Source: Octopus vulgaris (lineage: Eukaryota). From it: a stretch of DNA of 64,000 bases. The notes under the pieces are model-generated. The model ran no database searches. It saw nothing but the letters and a program-made list of their open reading frames with translations, and was not told the DNA's origin. The DNA is taken from positions 14,446,001-14,510,000 of the forward strand of contig OX597822.1 of NCBI GenBank assembly GCA_951406725.2, in the 5' to 3' direction. The translations under genes were made by a program, and so were the position numbers. Position 1 is the stretch's first letter. Each line of letters begins with the position of its first letter. Of the stretch, positions 1 to 16,690 are shown one piece after another.

Positions 1-90
1 AATATGTCTAAAATATATCTTTTGGTCAGTGCTAACCTGGAGCATGACAACAGCAACAACAACACATTCAACAACAAACGACAACGTCAA

Positions 91-199
91 CAGCACGTGT
101 GACCGGAAGCCGTGTATTATTGGAGAGGCGTGTGCAGCGACGTCTGCAGGCGGAAGCTGTTTGTTGTTGTAGGTTCAAGATGTCACCTCAATGGTAACA
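91..199 (+). promoter_or_regulatory. Candidate promoter / first exon of an unidentified host transcript
   Basis: Locally CpG-richer non-repetitive segment. It has an E-box CACGTG (94-99), two ETS-like CGGAAG cores (104-109, 151-156), CAAGATG at 176-182 and a possible donor ATG|GTAAC at 193/194. No downstream coding exon was identified. Confidence 0.25.
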
Positions 200-384
200 T
201 TTTGTAAAGTTTCGATTATTTCCAAATAAATTCTCTATCGTTTGCATTGAGGAATCGAGATACAATGAGGCAGGAAGTGTTGAAGTGTGCTTGGACGTGT
301 GCCTTGTGCATGTATGTATGTATGCGAGTAGTGTTTTGTGTATACATGCATGCATGCGCGTGTTTTTGAATATATATATAAATA

Positions 385-389
385 TATGA

Positions 390-444
<55 letters not shown>

Positions 445-573
445 AGTGTGTCAGTGTATGCATTCCGCATGGCTGAATGATTTGTTATGCGTACTTATAC
501 ATTTATATGTACTCGTACATACTCATGTCTCTCTCACCCGTAATATATACATACAGACATATATGCATAAATA

Positions 574-644
<71 letters not shown>

Positions 645-649
645 GGTAT

Positions 650-682
<33 letters not shown>

Positions 683-740
683 TATATATACATACATATA
701 TATACATACGTATATATGAATACGCGCGCACACACATATG
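385..740. repeat. (TG)n/(TA)n/(TACA)n microsatellite block; representative of dozens of such blocks in the window
   Basis: Seen directly in the sequence. Confidence 0.95.
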
Positions 741-904
741 ATGTTATACATGAAGTTACCAAGAATATTTTCTCGCTTGCGTTTATTTTAATTAAAAAAT
801 AAATCGTAATTCCTTTTATTAGTCAACTAATAAAAGGTGCTTCTAACATATACCCCAGGCTTGACGTCTTTGCAGAGAGGGTAGCACGTGTACATTGAAA
901 CCAG

Positions 905-1476
905 TCCTTGATTTCTACTTTCGCTATTCAGCACGGATGAATGTAAAGTGAAGTTGACCAATGCCGAGTTTGAACTCAAATTGTTAAGAACCAAAACAGC
1001 TATCGCAAATCATTTTGCCCCACGCTCTAACGATTCTGCCAATTAACTCTAAAACAGACACAAAGAGAACAGCAATTTGGAGGCGGATTTTAGTTGATTA
1101 AATCGGTGCCATTATTTAGTCTGGTCCTTAATACTTTCCAGTCGTAAAACAAACTACCTCGGCTAGTTTTGAACTCATAAAGAACAGGATCAGCACTTGC
1201 AAGGTATTTTCGAACGCCGTAACTATTCTACTAGTGCTCAACCCTTGATATTAATAATAATAAAGGCGGTGAGCTGGTAGCATCGTTATCGCTCTGGGCA
1301 AAATGCTTAGCGGCATTTCGCCTGTTTTTACGTTCCGAGTTCAAATTACGCCTATGTAGGTTTAGATTTTATCCTTACGGGACCGATAAAATAAGTACCA
1401 GTACAGCACTTGGGTCGATGTATTTGAATTATCTCTTCCTCAAAATTGCTGACCCCATGCCAAAATTTGAAACCAA
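905..1476. mobile_element. Cluster of three decayed family-B tRNA-derived SINEs (two on -, one on + at 1265-1476)
   Basis: GGCGGTGAGCTGG head, GAGTTCAAAT B-box and GATAAAATAAGTACCAG central motif match the better copy at 18626. The reverse-complement TTTGAACTC occurs at ~969 and ~1168. Confidence 0.75.
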
Positions 1477-2344
1477 TATTAATGATAAAACTAAAAAAGG
1501 TTTCAAGCTAATTCGATTAGATATTTATTGAAAATATATATCGTAATGTATCCAATCAATCAGTTACGGTTTATATCAAGCTGAAGGTTTGTAAAAAGAA
1601 TGACATTGCCCTCTGCGTGATTACCACCAATTAGAAATTCTAAGATCTTCGTAATAGAATTTGAAAAATTAAATATGTGAACTCTATGTATTTCTTTCCT
1701 CGTATTCTTTATTATCCAGTTATACTTTTTGATCCCACGTCACGTTGTGAAGAGATTGTTACCTCATTCTGTTGGCAGCCATTGCCCGAGGAAACCACTA
1801 GTGTTTAAATATATCTTATAAATGTTCGTGTTGTGGTTAAAAGAAATCTCATATTTATTGTATAAATTAAAATGTAATGATGGGGTGGTTCTCACCTTAA
1901 AATTTCACAAAGAATGCATAAAGAAATGTAGATCTAAGATCGACATTCTTGTAAGCAGGAACGGTCACTGATGGGATACCAGTGGTCGTAGGTCTGCTGC
2001 ATTAGCGTTAAAATGGAGCAGAGTAACAACCTTAAAGGCATTAAAATCATCCTGTAATGAAGTGGTTATCTTGATTTTTTCATAAAAAGAAAAAAAAGTA
2101 AAATCAACGCGCACACATTCACAAGACACAAGCCACCATCGTTATTCAGAGAATTTACACTGTGACGCCTTCTAAAGTCCCATCAAAACACATTAGTGAT
2201 CAGTCTTTAATACCAATATCTGGTAAATTAGCAGCAGTTCCATTATACATCACAGACAGCGGAGACTTACCACTTATAAGCATGTATTTCCACTCCATCG
2301 TATAACCCCTCACTTACGCACATGTGTTACAAACGCATACACAG

Positions 2345-2640
2345 TTATATGCAGTTCTTTACGTTCTAGGTTCAAATACCACCGAAGTCAAGTTTTCATT
2401 TTATCTTTATGGTGTTCAATGAAATAAAGTTCTTGTTAAGTAGTGGGGGCGATGTCATGGAATATTGATCTCCCCACAAATAATTCCAGCCCTTGTGCTA
2501 AAATTTGAAACGATTATTATTTGTCCAACACCTAACAACTTTTCGGGGTCGAGAAAATAAATACCAGTTTCATACTGGTGCAATCAAGTAGCTCCGTCCC
2601 CCTTGAAATTTTGGGCCTTGAGCCTGCATTAGAGAGGATT
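2345..2640 (+). mobile_element. Two decayed family-B SINE fragments
   Basis: TACGTTCTAGGTTCAAATACCACCG and TTTCGGGGTCGAGAAAATAAATACCAG motifs are shared with the other copies. Confidence 0.6.
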
Positions 2641-2731
2641 GATAGTGTTGTTGTTGTTATTAACGTTATTGTTGTTATTGCCACTGGCGTCGTTGTGAGA
2701 CGGTTTCGACGATGACGACAGATAACAACAA

Positions 2732-2741
2732 CTATAATAAA

Positions 2742-2819
<78 letters not shown>

Positions 2820-2953
2820 AAGAAGAAAAAAAAGTAGAAGTAGAAGAAGAAGGAGGAGAAGAAGAAGACGAAGAAGAAGAAAAAGAAGAAGACGAAGAAG
2901 AAGAACAACAACAACAAAAACAATAATAATAATAATGATAATAATAATAATAA

Positions 2954-2984
<31 letters not shown>

Positions 2985-3078
2985 AATAATAAGAAGAAGA
3001 AGAAGAAGAAGAAAAAGAAGAAGACGAAGAAGAAGAAGAAGAAGAACAACAACAACAACAATAATAATAATAATAATG

Positions 3079-3127
<49 letters not shown>

Positions 3128-3183
3128 TAATAATAATAATAATAATTATAATAATAATAATATTAATAATAATAATAATAATA
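2732..3183. repeat. Compound (AAT)n/(AAG)n microsatellite; target tract of the Dong train
   Basis: Seen directly in the sequence. Confidence 0.95.
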
Positions 3184-3614
3184 GAGAAATTAAGGCCAAC
3201 AGACCAGATATAGTTGTCAGAGATCATGAAGAAAAAAATGCTTTCTAATTGATGTATCAATACCGGCAGATGACAACGTGTCTCTAAAAGAAATGGAGAA
3301 ACTCTCAAAATACAAAGACCTGGAAATAGAGGTAACTAGAATGTGGCATCTGAAAACAGAAACAATTCCTATCATAGTAGGTGCATTAGGCATGATAAAA
3401 AAATATTCAGACAAATACATAACAAAAACACCAGGACTTCCAAACACATATAACATACAGAAAATTGCACTACTAGGCACTGCACACATCCTAGGCAGAA
3501 CACTTTCCATACAATAACCATCAGAGCATCACAACAAATCACAGCACATACCCAAGGCACACAGAGCTGCGCTCGGTAGTGATGTGAAAGCACGCTATAA
3601 AAATAAAACTACTG
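3184..3614 (+). mobile_element. 5'-truncated R4/Dong-clade non-LTR retrotransposon (RLE C-terminus plus 3' UTR), subfamily 1
   Basis: Encodes the NRPDIV...LIDVSIP...EKLSKYKDL...PIIVGALG restriction-like endonuclease motifs. It ends ACTACTG|(AAT)n and is nearly identical to the 3' part of 24134-24959. Confidence 0.92.
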
Positions 3615-3636
3615 AATAATAATAATAGTAATAATA

Positions 3637-3674
<38 letters not shown>

Positions 3675-3728
3675 TAATAATAATAAAATAATAATAATTA
3701 TAATAATAATAATAATAATAATAATAAT

Positions 3729-3783
<55 letters not shown>

Positions 3784-3789
3784 GTAATA

Positions 3790-3881
<92 letters not shown>

Positions 3882-3885
<4 letters not shown>

Positions 3886-6800
3886 CAAACAATAAACCGC
3901 ATTGGTCATTGCGCGGATTACAAAAGACCACGTACCCGAAAATTGAACCAAATCCTGATTGAAAAATCAGTTACTGGATCAAATCTTCCCAACACACAGG
4001 AGCTGGACGAACCCCACAACCGGAATATTCCAACAGATGGCCATCATGCTCATCACCAAATAATCAAAAGAAAAAGAAGGAAAAATGGTCTAGGGAAGAT
4101 AATAAAGAAGTTCTTGAGGCCTTCTACCATGCCATATATTTCCCCACAGATAAGTCTAGCACTGTACAAGCATACTTAAACTGGAGACAGAAACACCCTG
4201 AAGTAAGACCCTACATAGACAGTAACAAGCTTGCCAATGTTAGAAGAAACATTATAAAAAAGAAATTACTGACTGAAGTAGAGATTGATCAGGTTAGACA
4301 AGCAATATCGGATAAAATGAACGAAGCTGCAGCTAAAGAAGATAATACAGAGAAATGATTATAGACCAGCCCAGGGCGGATAAAGACGAAGAGAGGATTG
4401 AAAGAGTTAGTATAAGTGATAGGCAAAGTGAAATACGCCCTGAACCAATCATAAACACTAAGACAGATGAGCATCAAATAGATAAAGAAAGTCACACAAA
4501 TATTGACCCAACAGAACTACATGAGCTAAAAAATCAGATCATGATTGAATGGCTGAAAATTAAAGAAACCAGCATGGATGAGCGTGATACACTTCCTAAA
4601 ATCCGCAACTCTAACCAAAACATGAATATAATTGGTAAAATCCGGCTTGCACTTAAGGATATAATTTCAGTTAATGATGTTGATATCACAAACCTCAACC
4701 ACCTATACTATGCATCCGCGAAAATCTCAACGATCCTATGTGGTGTAAAGATTAGAAAACGGCAACAGTCCCACAAAAAGCCTTCTTGGCAAGAGCGTCT
4801 GCAACAACAAATTAAAATATTTAGATCTGACATTGAATATTTGAAAAACCTTAAGGCTCACAAGACTACCAAACCTACAAAAACCCAAAAATTACTGAAA
4901 AAATAGAATATGAAAACTATACTTGATATTGATGCCACCATAGAAACCATCAAACAAAAGGTATCTGCCAAAGCTGCCCGCATAGCGAGGTATGAAAAGC
5001 GTGTTAGATTTTTCAAGGACAACAACATGTTCAAAAATAACACCAAGAATTTTTACAGGAAGATAGGAAAAACAGCGTTTACTGTAGGGTCTGTACCATC
5101 AAAAGAAGAAGTGCAGAGATTTTGGAATAAAATTTGGGCAGAAGAAAAAACACACAACGAAAAGGCCCCCTGGATTGACAGAATATCTACAGAACTGGAC
5201 CCCTTAGAAGAGCAAAAGTGGGAGGTGTCAAGGTAGAAGATATAAGATCTGATCTCAGGAGGTCAAGCAAATGGAAGTCTCCAGGAAAGGATAAAATTCC
5301 TAACTTCTGGCTGAATGCCTTCCCAGAGAGCCATGAACTGCTAACAGAACTGTACAATGATGTTTTGCAACACCCTAGTAGGATGCCTCCTTGGCTAGTT
5401 AATGGGTTAACATTCCTGCTTCCAAAAAGTGAAGAAACAAATGAACCAAAAAACTATAGACCCATAACCTGCTTAACAACTATGTACAAAACACTAACAT
5501 CTGTCCTGACGGAATATACCTATAGTTTTTTAACAGACAGCAGCATATTCCCTAATGAACAGAAAGGATGTAAACGTGGATCCTACGGCTGTAAAGACCA
5601 ACTACTCATCAATAAGATGATCTTAGAAGATTGTCACAAACGACACAAAAACTTATCAATAGCCTGGATAGACTATAAAAAGGCTTTTGATAGCCTACCA
5701 CATAGCTGGATTAGGAAATGCCTTGAAATGTATAAGATAGCACCAACTCTGCGAAACTTCTTGACTGTAAGTATGAGATCATGGAGAACCACACTAACTC
5801 TGAACAGTGACAGTGAATCCCTAAATGCTGGTGATGTAAAAATTTCGTGTGGCATTTTCCAGGGTGACTCACTGTCACCACTCCTCTTTTGTTTATCCTT
5901 AATACCTCTCTCAAAGCTGCTCAATGACGCGCAGTACGGGTATAAAATGTTTGATAAAAATATAAATCATCTCGTTTACATGGATGATTTAAAGCTTTTT
6001 GCAAAAAATGATCAACAACTCAAGGGCTTACTAGCGATAGTCAAACAATTCAGTGACGACATCAGAATGCAATTCGGCCTCGATAAATGTGCAAAGGCTA
6101 CCTTTATCAAAGGAAAAATGACAGAAACATCTAACGTTAACCTTGACCAACAGAGTGTCATAAAAGAACTAGACCCAGCGGAGAGCTACAAGTACCTAGG
6201 GATAATTGAAGGGAACGGAATAAGGCATTCAGAGATGAAGGAAAGGATCAGGAGAGAATGCTATCGAAGAGTGAGAGCAATACTCAAGACAGAGCTGAAT
6301 GCAAGAAACAGGATCGAAGCGATCAATGCATTAGCTATACCAGTCGTGACTTACAGTTTCAATATTGTTAACTGGTCAATTACTGAAATATGTCAGCTCG
6401 ACAGAAAAATAAGGAAACTGTTGACAATGCATAGAATGCACCACCCTAAGGCAGATACAGAACGACTCAATCTGCCAAGAAAAGAGGGAGGCCGTGGTCT
6501 TTTGCAACTGGCAATAACAATGAAGATTGCTACAATTGGCCTAGACACCTACCTGAAAAACTCTGAGGACTGGATGCTAAAACTTGTCTCAAAACATGAA
6601 AACAAGAAAGCATCATACTCAGTCACAAAACAGGCAAAGGAATATCTAAGTGAATTCCGAATACAACCAATTTCGGAATTAGAGATAGATATACAAGAAA
6701 CAAGCACAGAAAAAGCTAGGCGCATGAAAACCCGTGCCAAAACTGCGGCCTTAGATATTCTGAATAATAAATGGCAAGAAAACCTCTCCATGGCAAATAC

Positions 6801-7757
6801 CCAAAGAGAGCGAATAATGCAGATATCGACAAAGCCCTGACCCATCAATGGCTAATGGCCTCTGGCTTAAAATCTGAAACAGAGGGGTTTATCATAGCAG
6901 CTCAAGATCAATGCCTACCAACAAGAAACTACCAGGCCAACATATTAAAGATCAGAAGCAGTCCAACGTGTCGTGTATGCAAGCAACAAAATGAAACCAT
7001 TGACCATGTGGTCTCCAAGTGCAGTCTTCTAGCGCCTACAGAGTATCTCAACAGGCACGATAGAGCTGCACAATATATTCACTGGGTAATCTGTAAAAAC
7101 CTGGATTTGCCCCATGAAAAAAACTGGTGGGAACACAAACCACCCCCAGTGCTTGAAAATGACCACATCTCACTCCTCTGGAACTTCACCATTCAAACTG
7201 ACAGGAAGATAGATGCAAATAGGCCAGACATCATATTGAAAACTTCAAACAAAGAACATGCCTCCTCATTGATATGACTGTCCCAATCGATATAAACGTA
7301 TCTGTCAAGACCTACCAAAAACTGAGCAAATATAAAGATCTTGAAATAGAAATCAGCAAAATGTGGAAGCTGAAGACTAAAACAATACCTGTTGTCATAG
7401 GTGCCCTGGGAATGATAGCAAAAGGGGCTGATAGCTACCTAACTCAGATACCAGGAAACCCAAAAATGGCAGAAGTTCAAAAGATAGTGCTCATGGGAAC
7501 TGCTCATATCCTACGCAAAATACTCTCTATGTAATCTCAAGGTTTAAAACAAACATAATTTTCGGTTTAAAAAAAAAAAAAAAAAAAAAAACCTTTTTTT
7601 TTTTTTTTAGGCATTCATTAGTACAACATCCCCACCCCCCAAATATATGGCACACTAGGCATAACAACAACATGAACTTCCAACCCTGTTGTCTCTGAGG
7701 TCTCTGGGTGAGACTTGGAGCCAACTTGTACAAATATAAAGCAAAAGTCAAACATAG
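3882..7757 (+). mobile_element. Near full-length R4/Dong-clade RLE non-LTR retrotransposon, subfamily 2, with a disrupted single ORF
   Basis: N-terminal WSREDNKEVL...NKLANVRR segment; RT motifs KSPGKD, NYRPITCL, IDYKKAFDS, GIFQGDSLSP, YMDDLK and YKYLG; CCHC knuckle CRVC...ETIDHVVSKC; RHD; NRPDII; KYKDL. Flanked by (AAT)n on both sides. Confidence 0.95.
3943..7534 (+). pseudogene. Dong ORF (RT + Zn knuckle + RLE), broken by a stop at 4904-4906 and frameshifts near 4085, 4350, 5225, 6780 and 7240
   Basis: ORF-track pieces 4355-4906, 4910-5236, 5218-6840, 6771-7277 and 7274-7534 join into one colinear protein. Confidence 0.9.
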
Positions 7758-7772
7758 AATAATAATAATAAT

Positions 7773-11222
<3,450 letters not shown>

Positions 11223-11528
11223 AAGATTTGAAATGTTTTGAAAATAGGATGAAATTGTCGCAGTAGTCCCTTCCAAAAAAAATCACAAAATTTTCACAGG
11301 AAGTGGAAAGGAAAGCGTTGATTGGATTGTTGATATTTTCTCTTTTCCTTTATTTCTTTTCCTCTCACTATCCCCCTCCCTCTCTGTCACTTTTTCATAG
11401 CTAATTGTTTTTGTATTGTTTTTCTCGTTTTTTATTGCGCATTTCATATACTTACACATGTATAGAGCACTTGTTCATTATACTTCGGTAGCAACACACA
11501 CGCACACACACAAATACATACACAAACA

Positions 11529-11572
<44 letters not shown>

Positions 11573-11577
11573 CATAT

Positions 11578-11625
<48 letters not shown>

Positions 11626-11653
11626 CTTTTGTATTAATGGAAAACCTCTATAA

Positions 11654-11739
11654 TTGGCTGATGTGTACTCAGCATCTTAAATCTGTTGTAATACTTACAA
11701 CATTTAATAAAATGATGTAGTGCGAAACAATTGTACCAA
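11654..11739 (+). ncRNA. Type I hammerhead ribozyme-like motif with a long stem II, in a short non-coding cassette (11622-11777)
   Basis: TTGG-CTGATGT-GTAC...GTGC-GAAA-C(AATT)G-TA-CCAA. Stems I, II and III all pair, loop 3 is palindromic, and there is one core deviation (A9U). The cassette is flanked by (TA)n. Confidence 0.75.
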
Positions 11740-11773
11740 ATTACCTGGAGTCATTCTTGTTGCTTATTTTGAT

Positions 11774-11852
<79 letters not shown>

Positions 11853-11944
11853 ATGTATATATATGTATGTATGTATGTATGTATATATATATATACATAT
11901 ATATTTACGTATATGTATGTATGTATGTATATATATATATATAT

Positions 11945-12368
11945 TCTTTTATTATTTTACTTGTTTCAGTCATTTTACATCTGCCATACTGGAGCATCAT
12001 CTTAAATGGTTTTAGTCGAAGAAATCGATCCCAGGACTTATTCCTTGTAAGCCTAGTACTTTGTCAAACCACTAAGCTTCGGGGACATAAACACACCAGC
12101 ATCGGTTGTAAAGCAATGGTGGTGGGGCAAACACAGACACAAAGACAAACACATACAAATTCATACATACATACAAAAATACACACACACATATATGTAT
12201 ATACGACGGCCTTCTTTCAGTTTCCTTCCACCAAATCCATTCACAAGGCTTCGGTCGGCCCGTGGCTATATCAGAAGACACCTGCTGAAGGTGTCACACA
12301 GCGGGACTGAACCCGAAACCTGGTGGTTGGGAAGCAAGCAAGCTTCTCCACACATAGCCACGCCTGCG
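11945..12368 (-). mobile_element. Family-A tRNA-derived SINE (CORE-like, with an internal TA/TG microsatellite)
   Basis: Reverse complement of the GTGGCTGTGTGG...GGGTTCAGTCCC head and the CCAG..TGG..GCAG...TGACTGAAACAAGT tail seen at 33209, 40740 and 55205. Confidence 0.88.
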
Positions 12369-12377
12369 GCTTATATA

Positions 12378-13986
12378 CAGTTGCGGCCAAAATGTTCAGA
12401 ACGGCATTGTTTTCGTCAGAAAAGTAGATATAATTTTTTATCAAAGTTTTATATTTTATAATTTTCACAGACAATAAATACGATTTTATTTGTTATTGCC
12501 TGAGATTTTGGTGTAATTTGAGAGGATAATACAAAAGTTATGGATGATTTAGTGACTTACTGCAAAACCCATTGCGGCCAAAATGATCAGACCGGTTGCT
12601 TTTACTCCGTGTTTTAGTATATTTAACCGGCGAACTCTAATGTTTTGAATTTGTTTACGTGACGGTTCGTTTACTAAGCATTAGTAAGAATATTTGCAGT
12701 GTACTTTGTTAATATAATGTCACTTACTCCGTTACCAATTTGTCAGCAGATTATTAAGCTTCGAAGGAAGGATAATTTAAGTATTGGATCTATTGCAAAG
12801 ATTGTTAACAAGTCAAAAAGTGTTGTACACGGTATTCTTAAGGTCTACGATGATTGTGGTTCGTGTGAAGCAAGAAAGTTTACAGGTAGGCCAAGAAAAA
12901 CGACCAAGAGAGAAGATCGTGCTATGGTAAAGTTGGTTAAAAAGGACAGATTTAAAACTGCTGCTGCTGTTTCTCGGAAAATGAGTATTGTATTGAAGAA
13001 AACTTTATTTCGAAAAACTGTGTCTAGTCGTTTAGTTGAACATGACCTGCAAGCAAGAGCACCTGCAGTGAAGCCACTGATCAGCTCCAAGAATAAAAAA
13101 GTGTCGTCTTACCTTTGCAACCGAACATGTGTTGTGGTCGCAAGAAAAATGGCAAACGGTGCATTTCAGTGATGAATCTAAGTTTATGTTATTTGGCTCA
13201 GATGGGAAAAGGTACGTTCGTAGAAAAGTAGGTGAAAAATTGTCGCCTAAATGCCTTAAGACTAGTGTTAAATTCGGTGGAGGAAGTCTCATGGTTTTGG
13301 GGGATGATATCTGGAGATGGTGTCGGCCCTTTGGTGCGATTACATGGAAAGGTAAATGCAGAAGTTTATAAACAACTTGTAAAAGATCATGTCTTGCCTG
13401 TGCTGAGAAATTCAACTAAGCGACCACCCATATTCATGCAGGACAATGCCCCATGTCACAAGGCTAAGGTGGTCATGAACTTCCTCAAGGCTGAAAAGGC
13501 TATTGTTATTGATTGGCCAGCTCAAAGCCCAGATCTCAATCCTATTGAAAATGTGTGGAATATTCTAGGAGAACGTTCGAAAGCCAGAAATCCTAAAACA
13601 ACTGAGCAATTATGGAATGCCCTTCAGGAAGAATGGAATAAGATCACCCAGCAAGAAATTGAAAATTTGATTTCCTCATGCAGTCGACGATGTCAGAGTG
13701 TGATTGAAGCTAAAGGGCTTCACACTAAATATTAAATAATTCCAGTATTCTCTGTCATTTTTTATTATTTTGTTATTTTTTCAACCGTTCTGATAATTTT
13801 GGCCGCCATGGGTTTTGCAGTAAATCACTAAAGCATCTATAACTTTTGTATTATCCTCTCAAATGACACCAAAATCTCAGACAATAACAATTGTGAAAAT
13901 TATAGAATATAAAACAACTTTGATAAAAACTTATACCTACTTTTCTGACGAAAACAATGCCGTTCTGAACATTTTGGCCGCAACTG
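12378..13986 (+). mobile_element. Full-length Tc1-family (DD34E) DNA transposon with long IR/DR terminal repeats
   Basis: TIRs at 12378-12598 and 13782-13986 begin CAGTTGCGGCCAAAATGTTCAGAACGG, with inner direct-repeat copies. TA target duplication at 12376-77 and 13987-88. Confidence 0.96.
12717..13735 (+). pseudogene. Tc1 transposase with two frameshifts (~13100, ~13300)
   Basis: HTH region, GRPRK linker, FSDESKF, FMQDNAPCH and WPAQSPDLNPIENVW. There are 34 residues between the second D and the E. Confidence 0.93.
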
Positions 13987-14159
13987 TATATATATAGGAA
14001 CACATATACATATCAGGACAAAGACATACATATGTACACACATACACATACACACACATACACTTCCACGCACACACTCATTGATATAATGCGACATGTA
14101 TAGACATGTATACGCAGAGAACCACATGAACGTACATGAATGGGCCAGAATGAATGGAG

Positions 14160-14250
14160 GATGGGAGCTCTACGGTGTCGCTCGATTTGTTAGACATAGT
14201 AGTTAAATCTCCCTTAAAGCACATTGTATCATCTTAAGAAAAGCAATAGT
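14160..14250 (+). repeat. Unclassified interspersed repeat family C; decayed relatives near 38040(+), 42100(-), 47240(-) and 59600(-)
   Basis: Shared consensus-like GTCGCTCGA..TGCTAGAAATAGCAGCCAAATCTCCCT at several loci. Confidence 0.5.
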
Positions 14251-14741
14251 CATGGCTCAACGTCATTCTGCGTAAAATACAAGAAAATATTTGTAAGTAA
14301 AACGAAAGGTGTGATTGGCTGGGCTTGAACTTCGAATGCTCGGATTTGATTTGAAGGCTAAAGAAGAAGAACAACAACAACAAGTGTAAATACAGAGAAA
14401 ATACATGTAGAAAAACATACACAAATACATGCAAACGAACACCAACACATCTGCATATACACACACGCACACACACTCACCCCCCACACACATACGCACA
14501 CACACTCACCCCCCACACACATACGCACACACACTCACACATACATACATGCACACACACACACACTCACACACACATACATGCATACACACGCACACAC
14601 ACACACGCACATACGCACACTCACACGTACATCCATACGCAAAATTGCCGAGACAATATTTTCCCGAAATAAGCATACACAGACACACACACAGACATAC
14701 ACACAAAGACACACACACACACACACAGACATACACACAAA

Positions 14742-14782
<41 letters not shown>

Positions 14783-15164
14783 ACGCACACACGCGCACAC
14801 ACACACACACTCACACACACACAAACACAACCATGCGCACTGAGAGCCGTAGACACAGACATGCATACACACGCGCATAAAACACCGTCTCAACGTGGAA
14901 GAAGCTTTGCACACATGCGTAAAACAAACAGATGACATGTGAGCCGGAAGTATAAAAACTATTTCCGGTTTGGTTGATATGTAAATAAAGGTGTCAAATG
15001 CCAAAGCCACATGTGCTGCAGTTGTGGCTGCATTTCTGATGCATTGTTGTGCATTATTGCGCATTGTATTGTGCAGTTGTGATGGAAATATATGGCGGCA
15101 GGGTGCGTGGAACAAAAGAAAGAATGGATAGATAAATAAAGCAGGGAATCGGTGATGCTACTCT

Positions 15165-15188
15165 TGCTGTTACTGCTGCTGCTGCTGG

Positions 15189-15223
<35 letters not shown>

Positions 15224-15585
15224 TGATGGTGGTGGTGGTGGTGGTAGTGTTGATGATGATGATGATGATGATGATGATGTGATGGTGGAGGTGGTGGTGG
15301 AGATGATGATGATGATGACGATGATGATGATGATGATGACGATGATGATGAAGATGATGGTGGTGATGATGATGAGGGTGATGATAATGATAATGATGAT
15401 GATGATGACGATGATGATGATGACGAAGATGATGATGATTATGGTGACGATGATGACGATGATGATGATGGATCATAATTATCATCGCTACCTTTCATCA
15501 TTATCATCATCGTCATCATTTTTATCCCCACCACATTCGTTATCATCATCAGCAGCATCATCAGCAGCAGTAACAGCAGCAACAG

Positions 15586-15622
<37 letters not shown>

Positions 15623-15645
15623 AGCAGCAGCAACAGCAGCAGCAA
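15165..15645. repeat. Compound (GAT)n/(GGT)n/(CAG)n trinucleotide tract
   Basis: Seen directly in the sequence. Confidence 0.9.
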
Positions 15646-16130
15646 ATATGGAAGGCAGTAATTATGATGAGATAAAATTATATACGTAATCATATAAAAT
15701 ATCTAAATTCATTATATTTCATTTTGGGATTTGGTTTGCAAGATTCTTTATATGAGTTCGTGTGTTGAAGTATATTCTGTTGTGTCTAAATTCAATTTTC
15801 AGTTAATGGTGGATGTTGTGAAGCAGAAACGTTTGGACAAAATTAGTTCCATTTACATTCTCGATTTAAGTCGCACCTCTTTGTTTTAGTCTTCAAAATG
15901 ATTGATGACAAATACCTGTTATATACGGCGGTCAATTCAGCAATTGAATCATTGAATCATTCCTACGAATAGTGTTTGGGCAGAAAATATTACGTATGAT
16001 CATCATTTATATATATATGCAACATATTATAATATGAATATTATATATTTATAGTTATTATTAAAAAGGACTTACGTGTGTCCCTCTTCTCTGTATTTTA
16101 AAGCCTTCGGTTTTATTTACAAATTTATAA

Positions 16131-16227
<97 letters not shown>

Positions 16228-16388
16228 TTTACGGCTTTAATTAAAGCATATTTATTCTACCATTCGTATTCGAATACACTTTCCCTCCTTGGTTTGCATA
16301 TATGTGCTTACTTGTGTGTCTGTGTGTCTGTCTGTGTGAGTGTGTGTATATGTATTTATGATGACATACATATCTATCTATCTATCTA

Positions 16389-16458
<70 letters not shown>

Positions 16459-16690
16459 TATACATTTATATACATATATTTATATGCATATATATACACA
16501 TATATAATAGTATATATATATATATATTGTTATACAAATAAGAAAATGAAGGAACAAATTCATTTCAATCATCAACTTACAGATATTAGCATTTCATATT
16601 ATTTATTAACTAGGAACATCCAAATCGAGCAAAATAATATACATCAATATGCAAGATAATAGTACCATAAGAATAATACACATAAAATGG

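Noticed and set aside
216-762. Numerous ORFs reading YIYIYI, THTHTH, CVCVCV or MYVCMYVC, here and throughout the window
   Set aside because: They are stop-free translations of (TA)n, (CA)n and (TACA)n microsatellites with no coding signal.
2532-3308. 258-aa hydrophobic poly-Ile/Leu ORF
   Set aside because: Antisense reading of (AAT)n/(AAG)n and a Dong fragment.
15054-15693. Poly-His / poly-Met / poly-Ala ORFs suggesting a transcription-factor exon
   Set aside because: Trinucleotide repeats open in several frames, with no domain or credible splice sites.
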